Source of the DNA: Octopus vulgaris
Taxonomy: Eukaryota
DNA length: 64,000 nt
Direction: 5' to 3'
Assembly: GCA_951406725.2 (NCBI GenBank)
Contig: OX597833.1
Location: forward strand, 25,296,001-25,360,000
A model generated the notes under the pieces. The model did not search any database and was not told the origin of the DNA. It saw only the letters and a program-made list of their open reading frames with translations. Each line of letters begins with the position of its first letter. Positions within the stretch are counted from its first letter, which is position 1. A program made the position numbers and the translations under genes. Shown one piece after another: positions 1-13,452 of the stretch.

Positions 1-189
1 TGTCTCTTTCTCTCTCTCTCTCTCCCTCCCTTATTCCCCTTCCTTTCTTTCCCTCTCCATCCGTCTTCCCCCCCTTCTACGTTTCTCTATCTCTCTCACC
101 TCCAGCCCCCTCGATCTGTCTCTTTCTTCTCCTCCCTCGTCCACCTTCTCTCTCTTTTCATCTGTCCCTTTCTCCTGTCTTTTGTTCTC

Positions 190-693
190 ACGTGACCGCT
201 AGCCGCTGTTGAGCGCTCTTTTCGTTCCAGCAGCCGCCGAAGCAACACGTATTTGTTCGTCTCCCTGCGGCCATTAGGCACAACTTCATAAGCCAGCCCC
301 ATACTCAACTCGTCCTGTCGAAAGACCCTTGTCCTACGTCCTGGTTTTGTTTTGTTGTTTATTTTTTATTTTTACCGTTATTGTTTTTACGTTTTTGTAT
401 TCTTATTGGTGTCACGTATTCTGTATTTTTGTTCGTGTACTTCGTTCGTTTTCCGTCCTCTTGTTGTATACATTCGAAGCTTTCTTCCAGGGGATCTAAT
501 GCGCTTGGCTTAGATTTCCCTTGGCGGGCTGCCCATATCGGAGCAATCTCAAGATTAATCAGCCAAAATTGCTAAGATGATCTGGTTCTTGACTGATGAC
601 TGAGGGCTTCGAATGTCCCGTCCTGTGGTTCTTGTGTCGTCTCTGTGGTGTTTCATGTTCTTGTCCATGTCTGTAATTATTTTTACTGTTTAC
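190..693 (+). mobile_element. Interspersed repeat, probable Penelope-like non-autonomous element (copy A)
   Basis: About 430-690 is the diverged reverse complement of 15960-16295 (e.g. GGAGCAATCTCAAGA.TAATCAGCC.AAATTGCTA.GAT.ATCTGG in both). It ends in (TA)n. The family assignment is an inference. Confidence 0.5.
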
Positions 694-694
694 C

Positions 695-737
<43 letters not shown>

Positions 738-783
738 TTGTATATATATGTGTATATATGTGTGTGTGTATATATACATAAAT

Positions 784-843
<60 letters not shown>

Positions 844-1781
844 GACGGACTTCTTTCAGTTTCCCTCTACCAAATTCAGATCACAAATTTGTGGTCTGTG
901 TAGTTGACAAATTCAGATTGTGGTACACCCTATGTTTTCCTATCTGATCGCCTACAAAATACCCTATCTACATGATTTGGTTAACAAATATCAGCCCCCT
1001 GCCCCAGAAGGGCAGCTGACTTGCAAAACGATTTAACCAACGAAATACAGTATAGAACCTTTTAAACAAGTGAATTAATTATAAACTTACAGCGCTCCAA
1101 AAACACACCTCCAGCAATGGCGACAAAATAATAATCATGGCTCAGATTTGGGCATACGGTCAACATTTTTTTTTCGAGCAGGTGGGAGACGATGTAATCG
1201 ACTTCAGTTCTTCAGCTCTTCCTGAAGGGAAGAAAGACATATTTGATCTTGGTGCAATTTGTACTCGTAATGTACAAGAGAGTGAAAAGTAATGTATTTT
1301 GTCTGGCACAGGAATTAAAAGTTAAAATATAGCACTAATCAATTTGACAGTTACACTTCTACTCATTGTGTATTACATCTTAATTAAATATTTCGGTTTT
1401 GTGTTGGGGTTACAAGATTTTTGATGTCATCTCACGTGTTAAAACATACTCTGTTGAATCTCGGGAAGGTTATTATGTCTATAATAAACACACGCAGTAA
1501 TTTACACACACCTAAAGTAGACCTTGAGTTGGCAGGTCTCGAATGGCCACGAAATAACTTCGATAAACCTGGCTGGTTGACTTATTGATCGAACGAATAA
1601 TCACACAATCAATTAGCTAGTTGGTTAATTGATTAACCAATTTACTTATAAAATAAAAGAAGTGAAATAGAACCAGTGCATGTGTATTTATTGTTCGCAT
1701 AATGGCCGCTCGACATACAACAAATTCTGAAATAGTGATGTTTTCTCCTGTTTCCTTTCCTTGTGGAAAATCATGTAGTTT

Positions 1782-1784
<3 letters not shown>

Positions 1785-1814
<30 letters not shown>

Positions 1815-1866
1815 CTTCTTCTTCTTCTTCTTCTTCTTCTTCTTCTTCTTCTTCTTCTTCTTCTTC
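1785..1866. repeat. (CTT)n microsatellite followed by a pyrimidine-rich tract to ~2160
   Basis: Direct reading; it explains the poly-S, poly-F and poly-E ORFs. Confidence 0.95.
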
Positions 1867-2176
1867 TCTCTCTCTTTCTGTCATGTGCCTTATGTCACTC
1901 TCTACCTTTCTCTCGTTTAAAGACTCTCTTTTTCTTTCCCTTTCCTCGTCTCTTTTCCTATGTCCTTTCACATTTCCATCACTTATTGTTACAAATTCTC
2001 TCTCTTCCTCTCTTTATCTCCACCTCTGTTCACTTATTCACACATTGACGCTCTCTTATTAATCCATTTACCTTCCTCGCCGGTCTTTCTCTCTTTGCTC
2101 ATATTTATTCTTTCATTTCTTCTACTCGTTCTTTCATTTATTCTTTCTCCAACTCTCCTTTAACTATTCTCATCTT

Positions 2177-2333
2177 CAGTGGCGTAGATAGAGTGTATAA
2201 TGCCCGGGGCAGCCGTTCAGTTTGCCGCCCCACGTCGACCCACGCAAGCTTATACAATCTTAAACTGCAGATCCAAAAGAGCTTGCCCAATTGTAACGTC
2301 GCCCGGAGTGGGCCCCCTCTAACTACACTACTC
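2177..2333. mobile_element. Small MITE with hAT-like terminal inverted repeats
   Basis: Left end CAGTGGCGTAGATAGAG; the right end CTCTAACTACACTACTC is an imperfect inverse. GC-rich island in a pyrimidine tract. No clear 8-bp TSD. Confidence 0.5.
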
Positions 2334-2718
2334 CCTCCATCTCTCACACACCACTCATCAATCACTCTCTTGCGTCTACTTTAGTCATTTCTACGTCTCA
2401 TCATTTTTCAATTTTATTCTTTCAGTCTCGTCTTCGCTCTTCTCTCTTTCCTTTCTTTCATCATGGATTGGCCGCATCATTAGATCGTCGGGAAAAAAAT
2501 GGCTTGTTATTTTTTCCGAGTCTTCACATTCTGAGTTCACAACCGGTTGATGTATCTTTGCAGTCGATAAAATGACGTAGCAGCCAAATACTAGAATGAA
2601 GTACTGTGACCTAGAAATTTGTTAGGGTGATGCAATCTCGATCACGATATCATGGTTTCGCTTCCCTGGCGTTGCGATCTGAGATAAAACAGTTCAATTT
2701 TTAATTATTTTTATACGC

Positions 2719-2767
<49 letters not shown>

Positions 2768-2771
<4 letters not shown>

Positions 2772-3165
2772 TAATAATAAGAGTTTTTTGCAGCAAGTTG
2801 CTTAAACTACATACCGAAAATATAAGAAATAGCAGTCAAAGGGCTACTATTTCTTTTACTACAAAAATAAGTCTCCACAAACAACAGTATTTGTAACTCA
2901 CATATGGTAAAAGAAGAAGAAAAACAACGAAACCACAAAGTCTCCGGATTAATTATGAACGTACGTTTCTGGATTAGAATCGTAAAGTTCATTTCCTTAT
3001 CAACATATTTTCCATAAATCTAGAAATGCTAGGAAAAACTTACCTTTTATATTTCCGACCAAAATTATATAATTTTTACTGAATATGGTCTTTTTCCATA
3101 CCAAAATACTACTAGGTGAAATTTATTGATTTTATTAAATTAATTATATTTCACCCTTTATCTGT
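2768..3165 (-). mobile_element. HHR-bearing short element between (TA)n tracts (PLE-derived)
   Basis: Flanked by (TA)n on both sides and contains the HHR motif at 2954-3007. 2785-2860 resembles the reverse complement of 51655-51745 (AGAAATAGCAGTCAAAG shared). Confidence 0.55.
2954..3007 (-). ncRNA. Type I hammerhead ribozyme-like motif, core UUGAUAA
   Basis: Minus strand reads TATG-TTGATAA-GGA(20 nt)TCC-A-GAAA-CGTACG-T-T-CATA. Stem I TATG/CATA, stem II GGA/TCC, palindromic stem III. Confidence 0.55.
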
Positions 3166-3242
3166 ATATTTATATATATATATATATATATATAAATGAT
3201 ATGGGTAGAATTTGATATTGATCAATTGAAACCAGTGGCTTA

Positions 3243-3291
<49 letters not shown>

Positions 3292-3292
<1 letters not shown>

Positions 3293-4951
3293 TAGCAGTA
3301 TCGCCCGGCGTTGCTCGGGTTTGTTTCGACCCGCTGGAATTGTAATTTTGAAAAGTAAAAATTTTGTGAACATTTTTCTGGTCGAAATACACCGAAAAGT
3401 GGCGACACAGCAGTGAAAAAATCGTAAAAAATAGGGATTTTCATAGAAAAAAGCATCTTTTTGATGTAAATAATTTTTGGTGTTAACATGGTCCGATTTG
3501 AATTTAATGTTCTACGGAAGGAAGAGCAACCCTTCTTCTACCATACTCTCAATTTTGGTCAACTTGCGCCGCAGGGTCTCGGAGGAGATAGTGTTAGTTG
3601 AAGGTTACCATTCTAGGTGCCTGAGTAACAACCTCGCGGATTTACAGATAAATGAATTAATTACTATTTTACAGAATAAAATTAAATAATTCTTGAAAAT
3701 TAATTAATATTAATATTTTTTGAACAAAGTAAATAATTTTTAAAACTTAAATAATAATTTTTTTTACACAAACGCGAACGGGGAAAAGGGGGTGGCGAAT
3801 TCGATATACATACCTAAATTTTTTCTTTTTCATGACATTGTAGCAAAATAGTAGTGAATTATATAAATACCAGCAGTACATTTTTTTTCTGGGGTATTTT
3901 TTTCAACCTCGTCACATATTTGCCCCTTTCAATTTAAACAAAGTCTTAATTAAGCAATTACGGCAGCTTAGCAATGGTTTCAATACAGGCGTGACATGTG
4001 TATCTCAATTGTTCAAAACCCTTCGAATTTTTTCGCACGTGATGATATCATAGTGAAAACTTTCAATTACGCGCGCTTAGAAGTACGCTCGCAAATTAAT
4101 ACTACCAAAATTTTGAAGTTCGCGCTCCGCTTGTGTGTGTGTGCGTGCTTTAGGTGTACGTAGGTATGTGTTTTTGTGTGTGTGTGTCACTGAAGCCATA
4201 CATACATATATACATACATAACCTCTCTCTCTCTTTTCTCTCTCAGTCACTCACTACAAAAAGTGAATAAAAAAAGGTGTTATTTCTGTCTTTCACTCTG
4301 TCTGTCTCTTTACACACACTAACAAAAGCACTTCACTTACACACCACACTTTCTGTGTCGCACAACCCATCAAACACACACACACACACACACACACACT
4401 CACGCACGCACACATGTACATCAATGCTTTCGGAGTGAAATGTTAAAATATTGAGTTTTCTCGAATTTTGTCTTAATTGGGGTGAAATTGAAAGAAATAT
4501 ATTATGGCATGACCAAATGGAGTACTTTGAAAAATCTTAGGTAAACTCTAATTGAAGAAATTGTGTGAGGAGTAAATCGTAATGTATTTATTTGTTTCTG
4601 TTTGCTGTGTTTTTTTTTATTTTCTGAGTAGTGGTTTAAATACTTTCAGTTTAGTCTTCCTCAAATCACTCTGTCGCTATTTACTTTCATTTTATTCGTT
4701 GCACACTGTGTGTGTGCGTGTGCGTGTGGTGTAAACCACATTAAGAAAAGCATTTGACATACACACCAGAATGTGAGTTTTCTGTAAATTTTGCTTAATT
4801 GGAGTTTAAATTTTAAAAACTGGACCTGGCATGACCCGATGCATTCTACTCTTAAAAATGCTAGGTAAATTGTAATTGAAGAAATCTTATATTGTAGATT
4901 TCTATAAGTTACAAAGGGAGGCAGATAAAATCTGCCTTTTATAATAAGAGA
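3292..4951 (-). mobile_element. Non-autonomous Helitron, full length (~1.66 kb)
   Basis: Minus strand starts A|TCTCTTATTATAAAAGGCAG and ends CCCGAGCAACGCCGGGCGATACTGCTAG|T: 5' TC, subterminal hairpin, 3' CTAG, AT target. The 5' end matches 36255 onward and the 3' end matches 38183-38211. Confidence 0.85.
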
Positions 4952-5141
4952 TATGTGTGTGTGTGTTTGTGTGTAGATAGATAGATAGGCAGATAGATAG
5001 ATAGATAGATTGATGACAATAGACGCTATAAGCCACCGTTGAAACTCTGCGTCCTGTTATGACAACTTACTGATTGTCCTAAACTATACATATATAATTA
5101 CTCTGTTTACCTGATATCGAGGTCTCATTCTTTTATTGGCA

Positions 5142-5198
<57 letters not shown>
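5142..5198. repeat. (ATT)n microsatellite
   Basis: Direct reading. Confidence 0.95.
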
Positions 5199-5203
<5 letters not shown>

Positions 5204-5299
5204 CTATTCCCTTTTATATTACCTTTATATTTTTATATTTCTATTTAGCGTATATATAACACCCTTTATATTTCCTTCGGGTTTTCAGGGAGAGGTAGA

Positions 5300-5450
5300 A
5301 TCACTGGTGGGTGGGGCTAGTCGCACTCCCTAGGTGTAGCTTGTCCACCTTGGTACCCGCGTTGCACCCAGCTCTCACCTGCGGGTCCATGTAGCTGTAG
5401 CATACACAGTGGTCACTCCTGGTAAACTGCTTCAACTGCCAAGCTTAACC
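5300..5450 (+). mobile_element. Possible 5' UTR fragment of an RTE-clade LINE
   Basis: GGTGGGGCTAGTCGCAC...CCCAGCTCTCACCTG.GG.TCC...AGCTGT resembles RTE 5' UTRs from memory only. Confidence 0.3.
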
Positions 5451-5616
5451 ATTCCACGCAGCTCCAGTCCTGAAAACTGTAATTGAGTAAGCCTATAACA
5501 GACGGGCGGCCCTTTCAGGAACTCTGTTGGGATCTTGTTCACCATGGAAACTAGCAAATCGGCCCTATGAGTCATAAAAATGAGGCAGTATTCACTACAA
5601 ATATTGGCGTCTATAG

Positions 5617-5844
5617 TTATTTCTTTACTACCCACAAATGGCTAAACACAGAGGGGACAAACAAGGACAGACAAACGGATTAAGTCGATTACATCGACCC
5701 CAGTGCGTAACTGGTACTTAATTTATCCACCCCAAAAGGATGAAAGGTAAAGTCGACCCCGGCGGAATTTGAACTCAGAACGTAATGCCAGACGAAATGT
5801 GGCTACACATTTCGCCCGGTGTTCTAACGTTTCTGCCAGCTCGC
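5617..5844 (-). mobile_element. tRNA-derived SINE, family 1 (Octopus OK-like)
   Basis: B box GAGTTCAAATTCC, central GTCGACTTT.CCTTTCATCCTTT.GGGGT.GATAAA..AGTACCAG domain and GTAAAGAAATA tail. Many homologous copies in the window. Confidence 0.85.
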
Positions 5845-7509
5845 AGTATCGACTAACCTTACTCTCAAAATTGCTCACCTTGTACTTAAATCAGAAAACA
5901 TAATTTTCTTTCAGTTTGTCCCTTTTTCTTTTCTCTGCTTCCACTATGATTTGACAGCATCGTCATAGCGTTGGTAAAAAAAAACCCCTTAGTTTGCGGT
6001 ATTTTATCCGGTTCGCTACATTCTTAGTTCAAATCGCTCACAAGTAAACTTTGTTCTTTATACCTTTGAAGACGATAAGATAAAATACCAATATAGAGGA
6101 TAGATATAATCATCTTTCCTCCTTTTCTTAAAATAAAAAAGAATATATTTTTGCTTTTACTTGCTTGTATAACTCTCGCTTTCACATCTCTCCCTTTCTC
6201 ATTCTCTCTCTCTCTCTTCCTCTCTCTTTAATCTCTAGTTTTCTCTTTAACACTTCTCTCTATCTCTTCCCCCTTCTCTCTCTTTATCTCTCTCACATCT
6301 TTTTTCCTATTCATTCTTACTATTTTAATTTTATATCGCTAATTTATTTATCACCCCCCACACACATTGTTCTCATTTCTACTCTCACCTCCCACCTTCT
6401 CTATCCCTCTATCCGTTTTTACTTTCTCACCTTTCCCACTTCCTCTCTCCCTCATTCCCCCTTTCTCTTTCTCCTTACCTCTTCATCTCTCCTTTCCCTC
6501 TCTCAATATTTTGTTTCTCAGTGTCTATCACATTCCACTCTATCACTCACTCTATACTATCTGAAATGTATTCCACTCTCTCCTCCATACTCTCCTCCAT
6601 ACTCTCCTCTGTATACCTTTGTACTCTCCTCTGCCCTCTACTCTGTCTGTGTTTAACTTCTCCCCCAACCCACCCCGACCAACTCCTCTTATGCACGCTA
6701 ATCAACCTTTATTCAAATTCACTTTGTTTTACTATTCCTATTAAGAAATACACCCCCACTCCCAACCACACCTTGGCTGCCCCACCTGTTTTAATTGTAA
6801 TTATGAACCCCTCCCCTCCACATATATCGCACATCACGTTACACCGATACACAAATGCATACACACATACATACATATACATGCATGCAAACATTCATAC
6901 ATCCTTCCATGCATACGTGAGTTCTATCATACAGATGCATACATATATATATACGCGCTAACTTATATGCACACGTACTTTTTCCAAACAACGGATCACA
7001 CGCACTCACCAAAGAACACATGCACAACCACACACAAACATACACATACATACACACACATACATATCCACGCACACATATCTTATATACACACTGATAA
7101 ACTCTATAATACACAAAGCAATACAATTACATATGTATGCACAAATTTGCTCTTACTCGTCTAAACACCTACCCACGTACATATACATACACCATTAGCA
7201 TACATCACATATATACACACAAACACATACACGCACTGATGTTGAACTACATGCACACGCTATATACACCCTATAAAATTATACATCTCACATTCACAAA
7301 CGCACACAGATATCTACTCCTACATATTTCTTACACATATTTCTATAGGCACGAATCGTATTCTATTTCACTCTAACACATACACACACATACACATATA
7401 CATGCATATATACACACATATTTACATATGTATGTAAACGTATATACGTATATATTTATCTATGCATTTATCTATCTATCTATCAATCTGTTGATATATA
7501 TATATATAT

Positions 7510-7638
7510 TACGAAGATGTACCTGCATAGCAAGTGATTTGAACTGAGTTCGTGTGCTGAAACGAAAACAATTGCAGCGTGGAAGGTGTTTGTAAGCAAT
7601 TTAAGAAAAACACAAAAGCCGTTCGATTCACTTCGATT
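7510..7638 (-). mobile_element. Truncated copy of the PLE-like family at 37400-37721
   Basis: TTGCAGCGTGGAAGGTGTTTGTAAGC.ATTTAAGAAA.ACACAAAA.CCGTT is shared with 37400-37450, and the upstream part matches the reverse complement of 37657-37715. Confidence 0.75.
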
Positions 7639-8159
7639 GTATGTATGTATGGATGGATGTATGTATATATGTACATCTGTCAACTTCTTGCCATATTTTT
7701 ATCCTTCACATCCTACACACACACACACACACACACGCACACTCACACACACACACACACATGCACACACACACAAACACTTTCTTAGCTTACAATTTCT
7801 TTCTTTCAACAATTGACAACTGAAGTACGCTCGCAAATTAATACTACGAAAACTTAGCGACAGAAAGTAAATTAAAAACCAATTTACCTTTTCTGTTGAG
7901 TTATCATGGCAATTCGACCGTCTGATTTCCTTAAATCCGTCTCTTTTCTTCAAGTGAACTTAGTTCCTATTGTTTCTTAAAGTCCTTTGTGAAATCTATG
8001 AGTGTTTTTTTTTGTTATTTCTCGAGAAAGTTTTGTTACCTGGACACTAAAACCTAACGGGAAGTAGACAACAGTCCCAGTACAATTGGTGTAATAGTGT
8101 AACTCATAATGTTAGCGGCTAGCATCTACTCACCATATGTCAGTGAATTGTTGGTGTTT

Positions 8160-8420
8160 GTATAATCGACTTAATCCTTTTGTCTGTCCTTGTTTGTCCT
8201 CTCTGTGTTTAGCCCCTTGTGGGTAGTAAAGAAATAGGTATTTCGTCTGCCGTTACGTTCTGAGTTCAAATTCCGCCGAGGTCGACTTTGCCTTTCATCC
8301 TTTCGGGGGCGATAAATAAAGTACCAGTTACGCACTGAGGTCGATGTAATCGACTTAATCCCTTTGCCAGTCCTTGTTTGTCCCCTCTATGTTTAGCCCC
8401 TTGTGGGCAATAAAGAAATA
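8160..8420 (+). mobile_element. SINE family 1, head-to-tail tandem (3' part plus head-truncated unit)
   Basis: The tail GTAAAGAAATA joins directly to GGTATTTCGTCTGCCGTTACGTTCTGAGTTCAAATTCC at ~8237. Confidence 0.85.
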
Positions 8421-9319
8421 TATATATTCTCACTCACAAACCTAGTGATACCTACACATCCACATGTCACATTAGAACCATCAGCAGAAACATACAGGTA
8501 AGCACAGACACGTTGAAGTATATGTACACATACGCGTACAGACACCTATACACACGCTTACATGCACACACACACATACACACACACTCACAAACTTACA
8601 TACACATCTACACCCATTTAACCATAAATTCATACTTAAATGCGCTTATGTATATACTTACATACAGGTGTACGCACACTAATGCATCTACACGCAAATA
8701 CACATGCACCCACACTTACGGATAAACATATATTTACACACACATAAACTCACATCTACAAACACAAACACACGTACACTTACATACAAATTTTCCAATA
8801 TGCAAGCACTTACTCATATACACACTCTAACACACACAGATCCACACACTTACATACACATACACACATTTACATACACATACACACACTTAGATGCGCA
8901 TAACAAACACGCGTATACGCACGCTTAGTTACACAAAAACACACATGCGTATACACTCATATGCATATACATGCTCTTACAAATATACACACTCTTACCT
9001 ACACATACACACACTCACACCCCCACACATATATATATACTCTTACATACACATACACGTATACCCACACTTACAAACGAACGAACAAAGACGTCCCTAC
9101 ATAATCCCTCAAACTGCAAGAAAGAGCAGCCAAATACCTTCAAGTCTTACTCCTTGCTTGCTTCATACTCTTACTTAATGGGATTATGGTCATCCTTGGT
9201 TATTGGTTTCAGAGATGTCATCATCAATAGAGCCGAGGGGTCTACCGGTACTCGCCATCGCTGGCGGTCCGTACCAGTCCCTCTGCATCCACACTATCTC
9301 CTACCTTCTAGATGTCTCA

Positions 9320-9500
9320 AGTCGTTGGACTGCAGCCAGGCTGTGTCGCTGTTTTGAAGGGTATACTCGAACCAGTTGACTTCAGTAATTTTTTCTTAAA
9401 ACTGGTACTTTTTCTATTGTGATCATTTTGCCGAACCGTTAAGTTACGAGGACATCAGCAAACCAACATCAGTTGTCAAGCGATGGTGGATGACAAACAT
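9320..9500 (-). mobile_element. Decayed 3' part of SINE family 2
   Basis: TTTTGCCGAACCGTTAAGTTACG.GGAC...GTTGTCAAGCGATG matches 12540-12605. Confidence 0.7.
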
Positions 9501-9508
9501 GATACATA

Positions 9509-9577
<69 letters not shown>

Positions 9578-9587
9578 TTAATTAATA

Positions 9588-9830
9588 AAGGAATGAAAAA
9601 TAAAAACATTTACCCTCTATTTTCCTGTTGTCTTTCCTGCTGATAATAGCTTTGTCAAATGTAAATTATTTTATTTACTAAAGATTGCTTGAAACCATGG
9701 TACAGGAAAATAGATGGTAATTGTTTATATTTTTCATTCCCTTTCGAAATTACCCCTAATAGTGGTTTGGAGTTTTAACTACTCTTTCTAGCGAGTCAGA
9801 TGTCCTGTTATAGCCATCTCTTATGTGTTT
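9588..9830 (+). mobile_element. HHR-bearing PLE-like element with a short inverted 5' arm
   Basis: 9588-9628 is an imperfect reverse complement of 9702-9743. HHR at 9633-9709. Flanked by (TA)n. Confidence 0.65.
9633..9709 (+). ncRNA. Type I hammerhead ribozyme motif (G8->A in this copy)
   Basis: TTTCCTG-CTGATAA-T-AGC(long stem II)GCT-T-GAAA-CCATGG-T-A-CAGGAAA. 7-bp stem I and palindromic stem III ACCATGGT. Confidence 0.7.
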
Positions 9831-9840
9831 AAATGTACAC

Positions 9841-9875
<35 letters not shown>

Positions 9876-11250
9876 TTTTACACACACACCCCATACACAT
9901 ACACACATATAATTTATATATATGAGGAGCTTCAGGCTGAGTTTAACAAATCCGTCCACAAAGATTTGGTCAACCCAGGGCTATACGAGAAGATCATTTC
10001 TCAAAGTACAGTAAACAACGCAAAACCATGTAGTTGGGAAAAAGAAAAAGAAAAATAAAATCACTGATTGGATAGTCATTGTTGGAATGCCTTTGATCAT
10101 GTGTCTGACCTAGTGCTAAAGATAAACAGCAATGCTACAGCATCAAATTCCATAAGAACATTACTGCCACCCAACCAGCTCCAACCCATCTCTCGACAAA
10201 CCACATCGAAGGTTACTATACATCACATAACGCCGCTTCCTACTCAACAGATCACAAAATACCATCACATGCACTTACGGTGAGCGCATACATACACACA
10301 CAACACTCATCACACACCAATACAAGACCAGGCAACATATGCCAACACACATACGTACTACAAACCATATGCCATATACACTAACACAGACTGCAAATCG
10401 ACACATTACAAAACTACTCTTCTTTACCACATCACATACTACTACCCCTACACTACTCCCGCACAATGCACCACACCGTTCTCAATACCACACAGCATAC
10501 TACATACGTGCATACGACACACCACGCCACACCAAAGCCCAATCGATATCACATCATACCATACCGCAGCATGCAACAGCAGAATTCTGTACGACAGATA
10601 CTGTGCCTCCCAGTAAATCCCGTCACAAAACCGCTGTACAACAATATTTTATGACAACTGCGATAGCAAAGCTTGCTTGGTTTCACTTCACCTACAAGCA
10701 GCTGCCATCCATTCATTAGTCATCCTTTTAAAAAGCCAAAGCGGAATGGTGGCGTATTTAGGTTGAAATCGTCTTTCGTTGCCGTCATGACTCATCTTTG
10801 ATACGCTACGTCTAATGTGCCCAAACGAAAATGATGAAAAGTGCGACATATTTCAAAGCAACACTCGTTTTGTTTTGTTTTATTTTTGTTTGTTTTTCTT
10901 TTGGATTTCTTTGTTGTTTTTCATGTCTTTGTATTATAGTTTTGCACTGCTGAATTGGCTGTTTGAATCATTGACTAATTACCTTGATTGCCTGATTGTT
11001 TGCTATTGGACAATTTGTCCACTTCAAACTCTATATTTGTTTTACCTGCATGATTTTATTGTTTTTATCCTAGACAATCAGACGGTTGGGAATGTGTCTA
11101 ACTTTCTGTGTGTATGTTTGTGTCTATTTGTAAAAGTGCACACATCCATCCACTCTTCCGCGCGCGTATATATTTTTATGTCCGTATGTATGTATGTATA
11201 AATCTATATACATGTATTTATGTGTATGTGCGTATATATGTGTATATATT

Positions 11251-11295
<45 letters not shown>

Positions 11296-11346
11296 TTATA
11301 ATATTTATATATCTGTGCGTGTATGTATATATATATATATATGTAT

Positions 11347-11454
<108 letters not shown>

Positions 11455-12323
11455 CATACATACATACGTACATAGAGTATATGTATTTCAGAAGGTAGCA
11501 CAGTTTGCTATACTTTACCTGCCAAATTAAAAGTGCAGTCCACCTTGATGGATGAAGAAAACAAGTACAGTAATAAGAACAACATTAAAGTACAACAGGC
11601 GCCCACACACACTCGACCTTGGAATGTCTACAATACACCAAACACGACTAAAACACTAATTTCCAACGACAGTGTTTCGTTTAACTTAGTGCAGAAATAC
11701 CAACATCAATCCATAGACTTACACTTCCATTCTTAGAGTAGAAGCTGGAGCATTGATTTGTCCGCTCGACATGCTATACATAACAACCAAAGTTCTTTCT
11801 ACATGAGACACGAAGGAGCGTAATAGATTGACGAGACCTAATAAATACTAGGTATGAAATGATGATGGTTGATATAGGTTCGAATGTCTTTGATCATAAG
11901 GGGGTGATGGTTAAGAGGCCCGTTTTGCAACAGAGTAGTTCTGGGTTCACTCCCGTGGGTGCAGACCTAGGGCAAGTGTCTTCTACTATAGCCTCGGAGC
12001 GACCAAGGTTGCCTTAATGAACTTAGTTGTCGAAAAAAATGTTTTCTTTTATGTTTTGCTTATTTTAATCATTACACTACGACCATACTTAGCCACGCCT
12101 TGGTAAATTTTAGTCGGAAAAACGGGTCCTGTTTGTGTATATATTTTTATTTATTTATCTATTTATTCATTTATTCATTTATATAAGTTATTTTTACTGT
12201 TTTGCATTGTTTTGCCCACCCGCAACAATACGAGGATGTAAAGGCACCAACATCGAGTGTCAAGCGTTAGTGGAGGAAAAGTGCAGACAACAAAATTCAG
12301 GCACACTCACATCTATGTATGTG

Positions 12324-12388
<65 letters not shown>

Positions 12389-12419
12389 ATATATCTATCT
12401 ATATATATATTCTTTCTTT

Positions 12420-12638
12420 TCTTTTTCTTTTTATTTGTTTCAGTCATTTTGCTGCGGCCATGCTCGAGCACCACCTTTTAATCGAGCAACTCGACCCCGG
12501 GACTTATTCCTTTTGTAAGCCCAGTACTTATTCTATCGGTCTCTTTTGCTGAACCGCTAAGTAACAGGGACATAAACACACCACCATCGGTTGTCAAGCA
12601 ATGCTAGGGCGACAAACACAGATACACAAACACACACA

Positions 12639-12679
<41 letters not shown>

Positions 12680-12839
12680 GACGGGCTTCTTTCAGTTTCC
12701 GTCTACCAAATCCACTCATAAGGCTTTGGTCGGCCCCGAGGCTATAGTAGAAGACACTTGCCCAAGATGCCACGCAGTGGGACTAAACCCGGAACCATGT
12801 GGTTGGTAAACAAGCTACTTATCACACAGCGACTCCTGC

Positions 12840-12843
<4 letters not shown>
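12420..12843 (-). mobile_element. tRNA-derived SINE family 2 (CORE-type, Octopus OR-like), near full length
   Basis: tRNA-like head (GCTGTGTGATAAG...GGGTTTAGTCCC), CORE-like CTTGGGCAAGTG, internal (TA)n and AGCATGGCCGCAG...ATGACTGAAACAAATAAAAAG tail. Confidence 0.85.
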
Positions 12844-12880
<37 letters not shown>

Positions 12881-12899
12881 CATACATGCATATATATAA

Positions 12900-12968
<69 letters not shown>

Positions 12969-12999
12969 TCACTTTCCGTTTCCGTCGTAAGGTTTAGGA

Positions 13000-13100
13000 C
13001 GGGCCGAAGCTATAGTAGAAGACACTTGCCCAAATTGCCTCACATTACAACTGAATCCGGAAACATGTGGCTGAGGTGCAAACTTCTTACCACACAGTAA
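13000..13100 (-). mobile_element. SINE family 2, head fragment
   Basis: GCTATAGTAGAAGACACTTGCCCAA is identical to 12741-12765. Confidence 0.75.
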
Positions 13101-13140
13101 CCCGCAGTTTCAAAGCTGAAACAATATATATATATATATA

Positions 13141-13421
13141 TATTATATTAAATTAGAGATAAAACCACTATTAGGCAAATCATACAATGAAAAACTTAAG
13201 CCAATACATAAGATTAATTAATTTATATTTAAAATAATATAAATTAATTAATCTTATGTATTGGCTTAAGTTTTTCATTGTATGATTTGCCTAATAGTGG
13301 TTTTATCTCTAATTTAATATAATATAATATTTTACTATAAAATTGGATTCAATCCTAAATCTGATTTTTCCCTGTAAGTTTGGATTTATTCCCTAATATT
13401 TTATTATTAATTAATATATTG

Positions 13422-13425
<4 letters not shown>
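13141..13425 (+). mobile_element. Inverted-repeat insertion in (TA)n, PLE-type inverted terminus
   Basis: 13141-13229 and 13236-13324 are ~89-bp reverse complements. The right arm continues unpaired to ~13425. Confidence 0.7.

Positions 13426-13452
<27 letters not shown>

Noticed and set aside
520-625. HHR-like pieces (CAGCC-GAAA, CTGATGA) in the 190-693 / 15960-16295 family
   Set aside because: I could not assemble them in the correct order into three stems in either copy.
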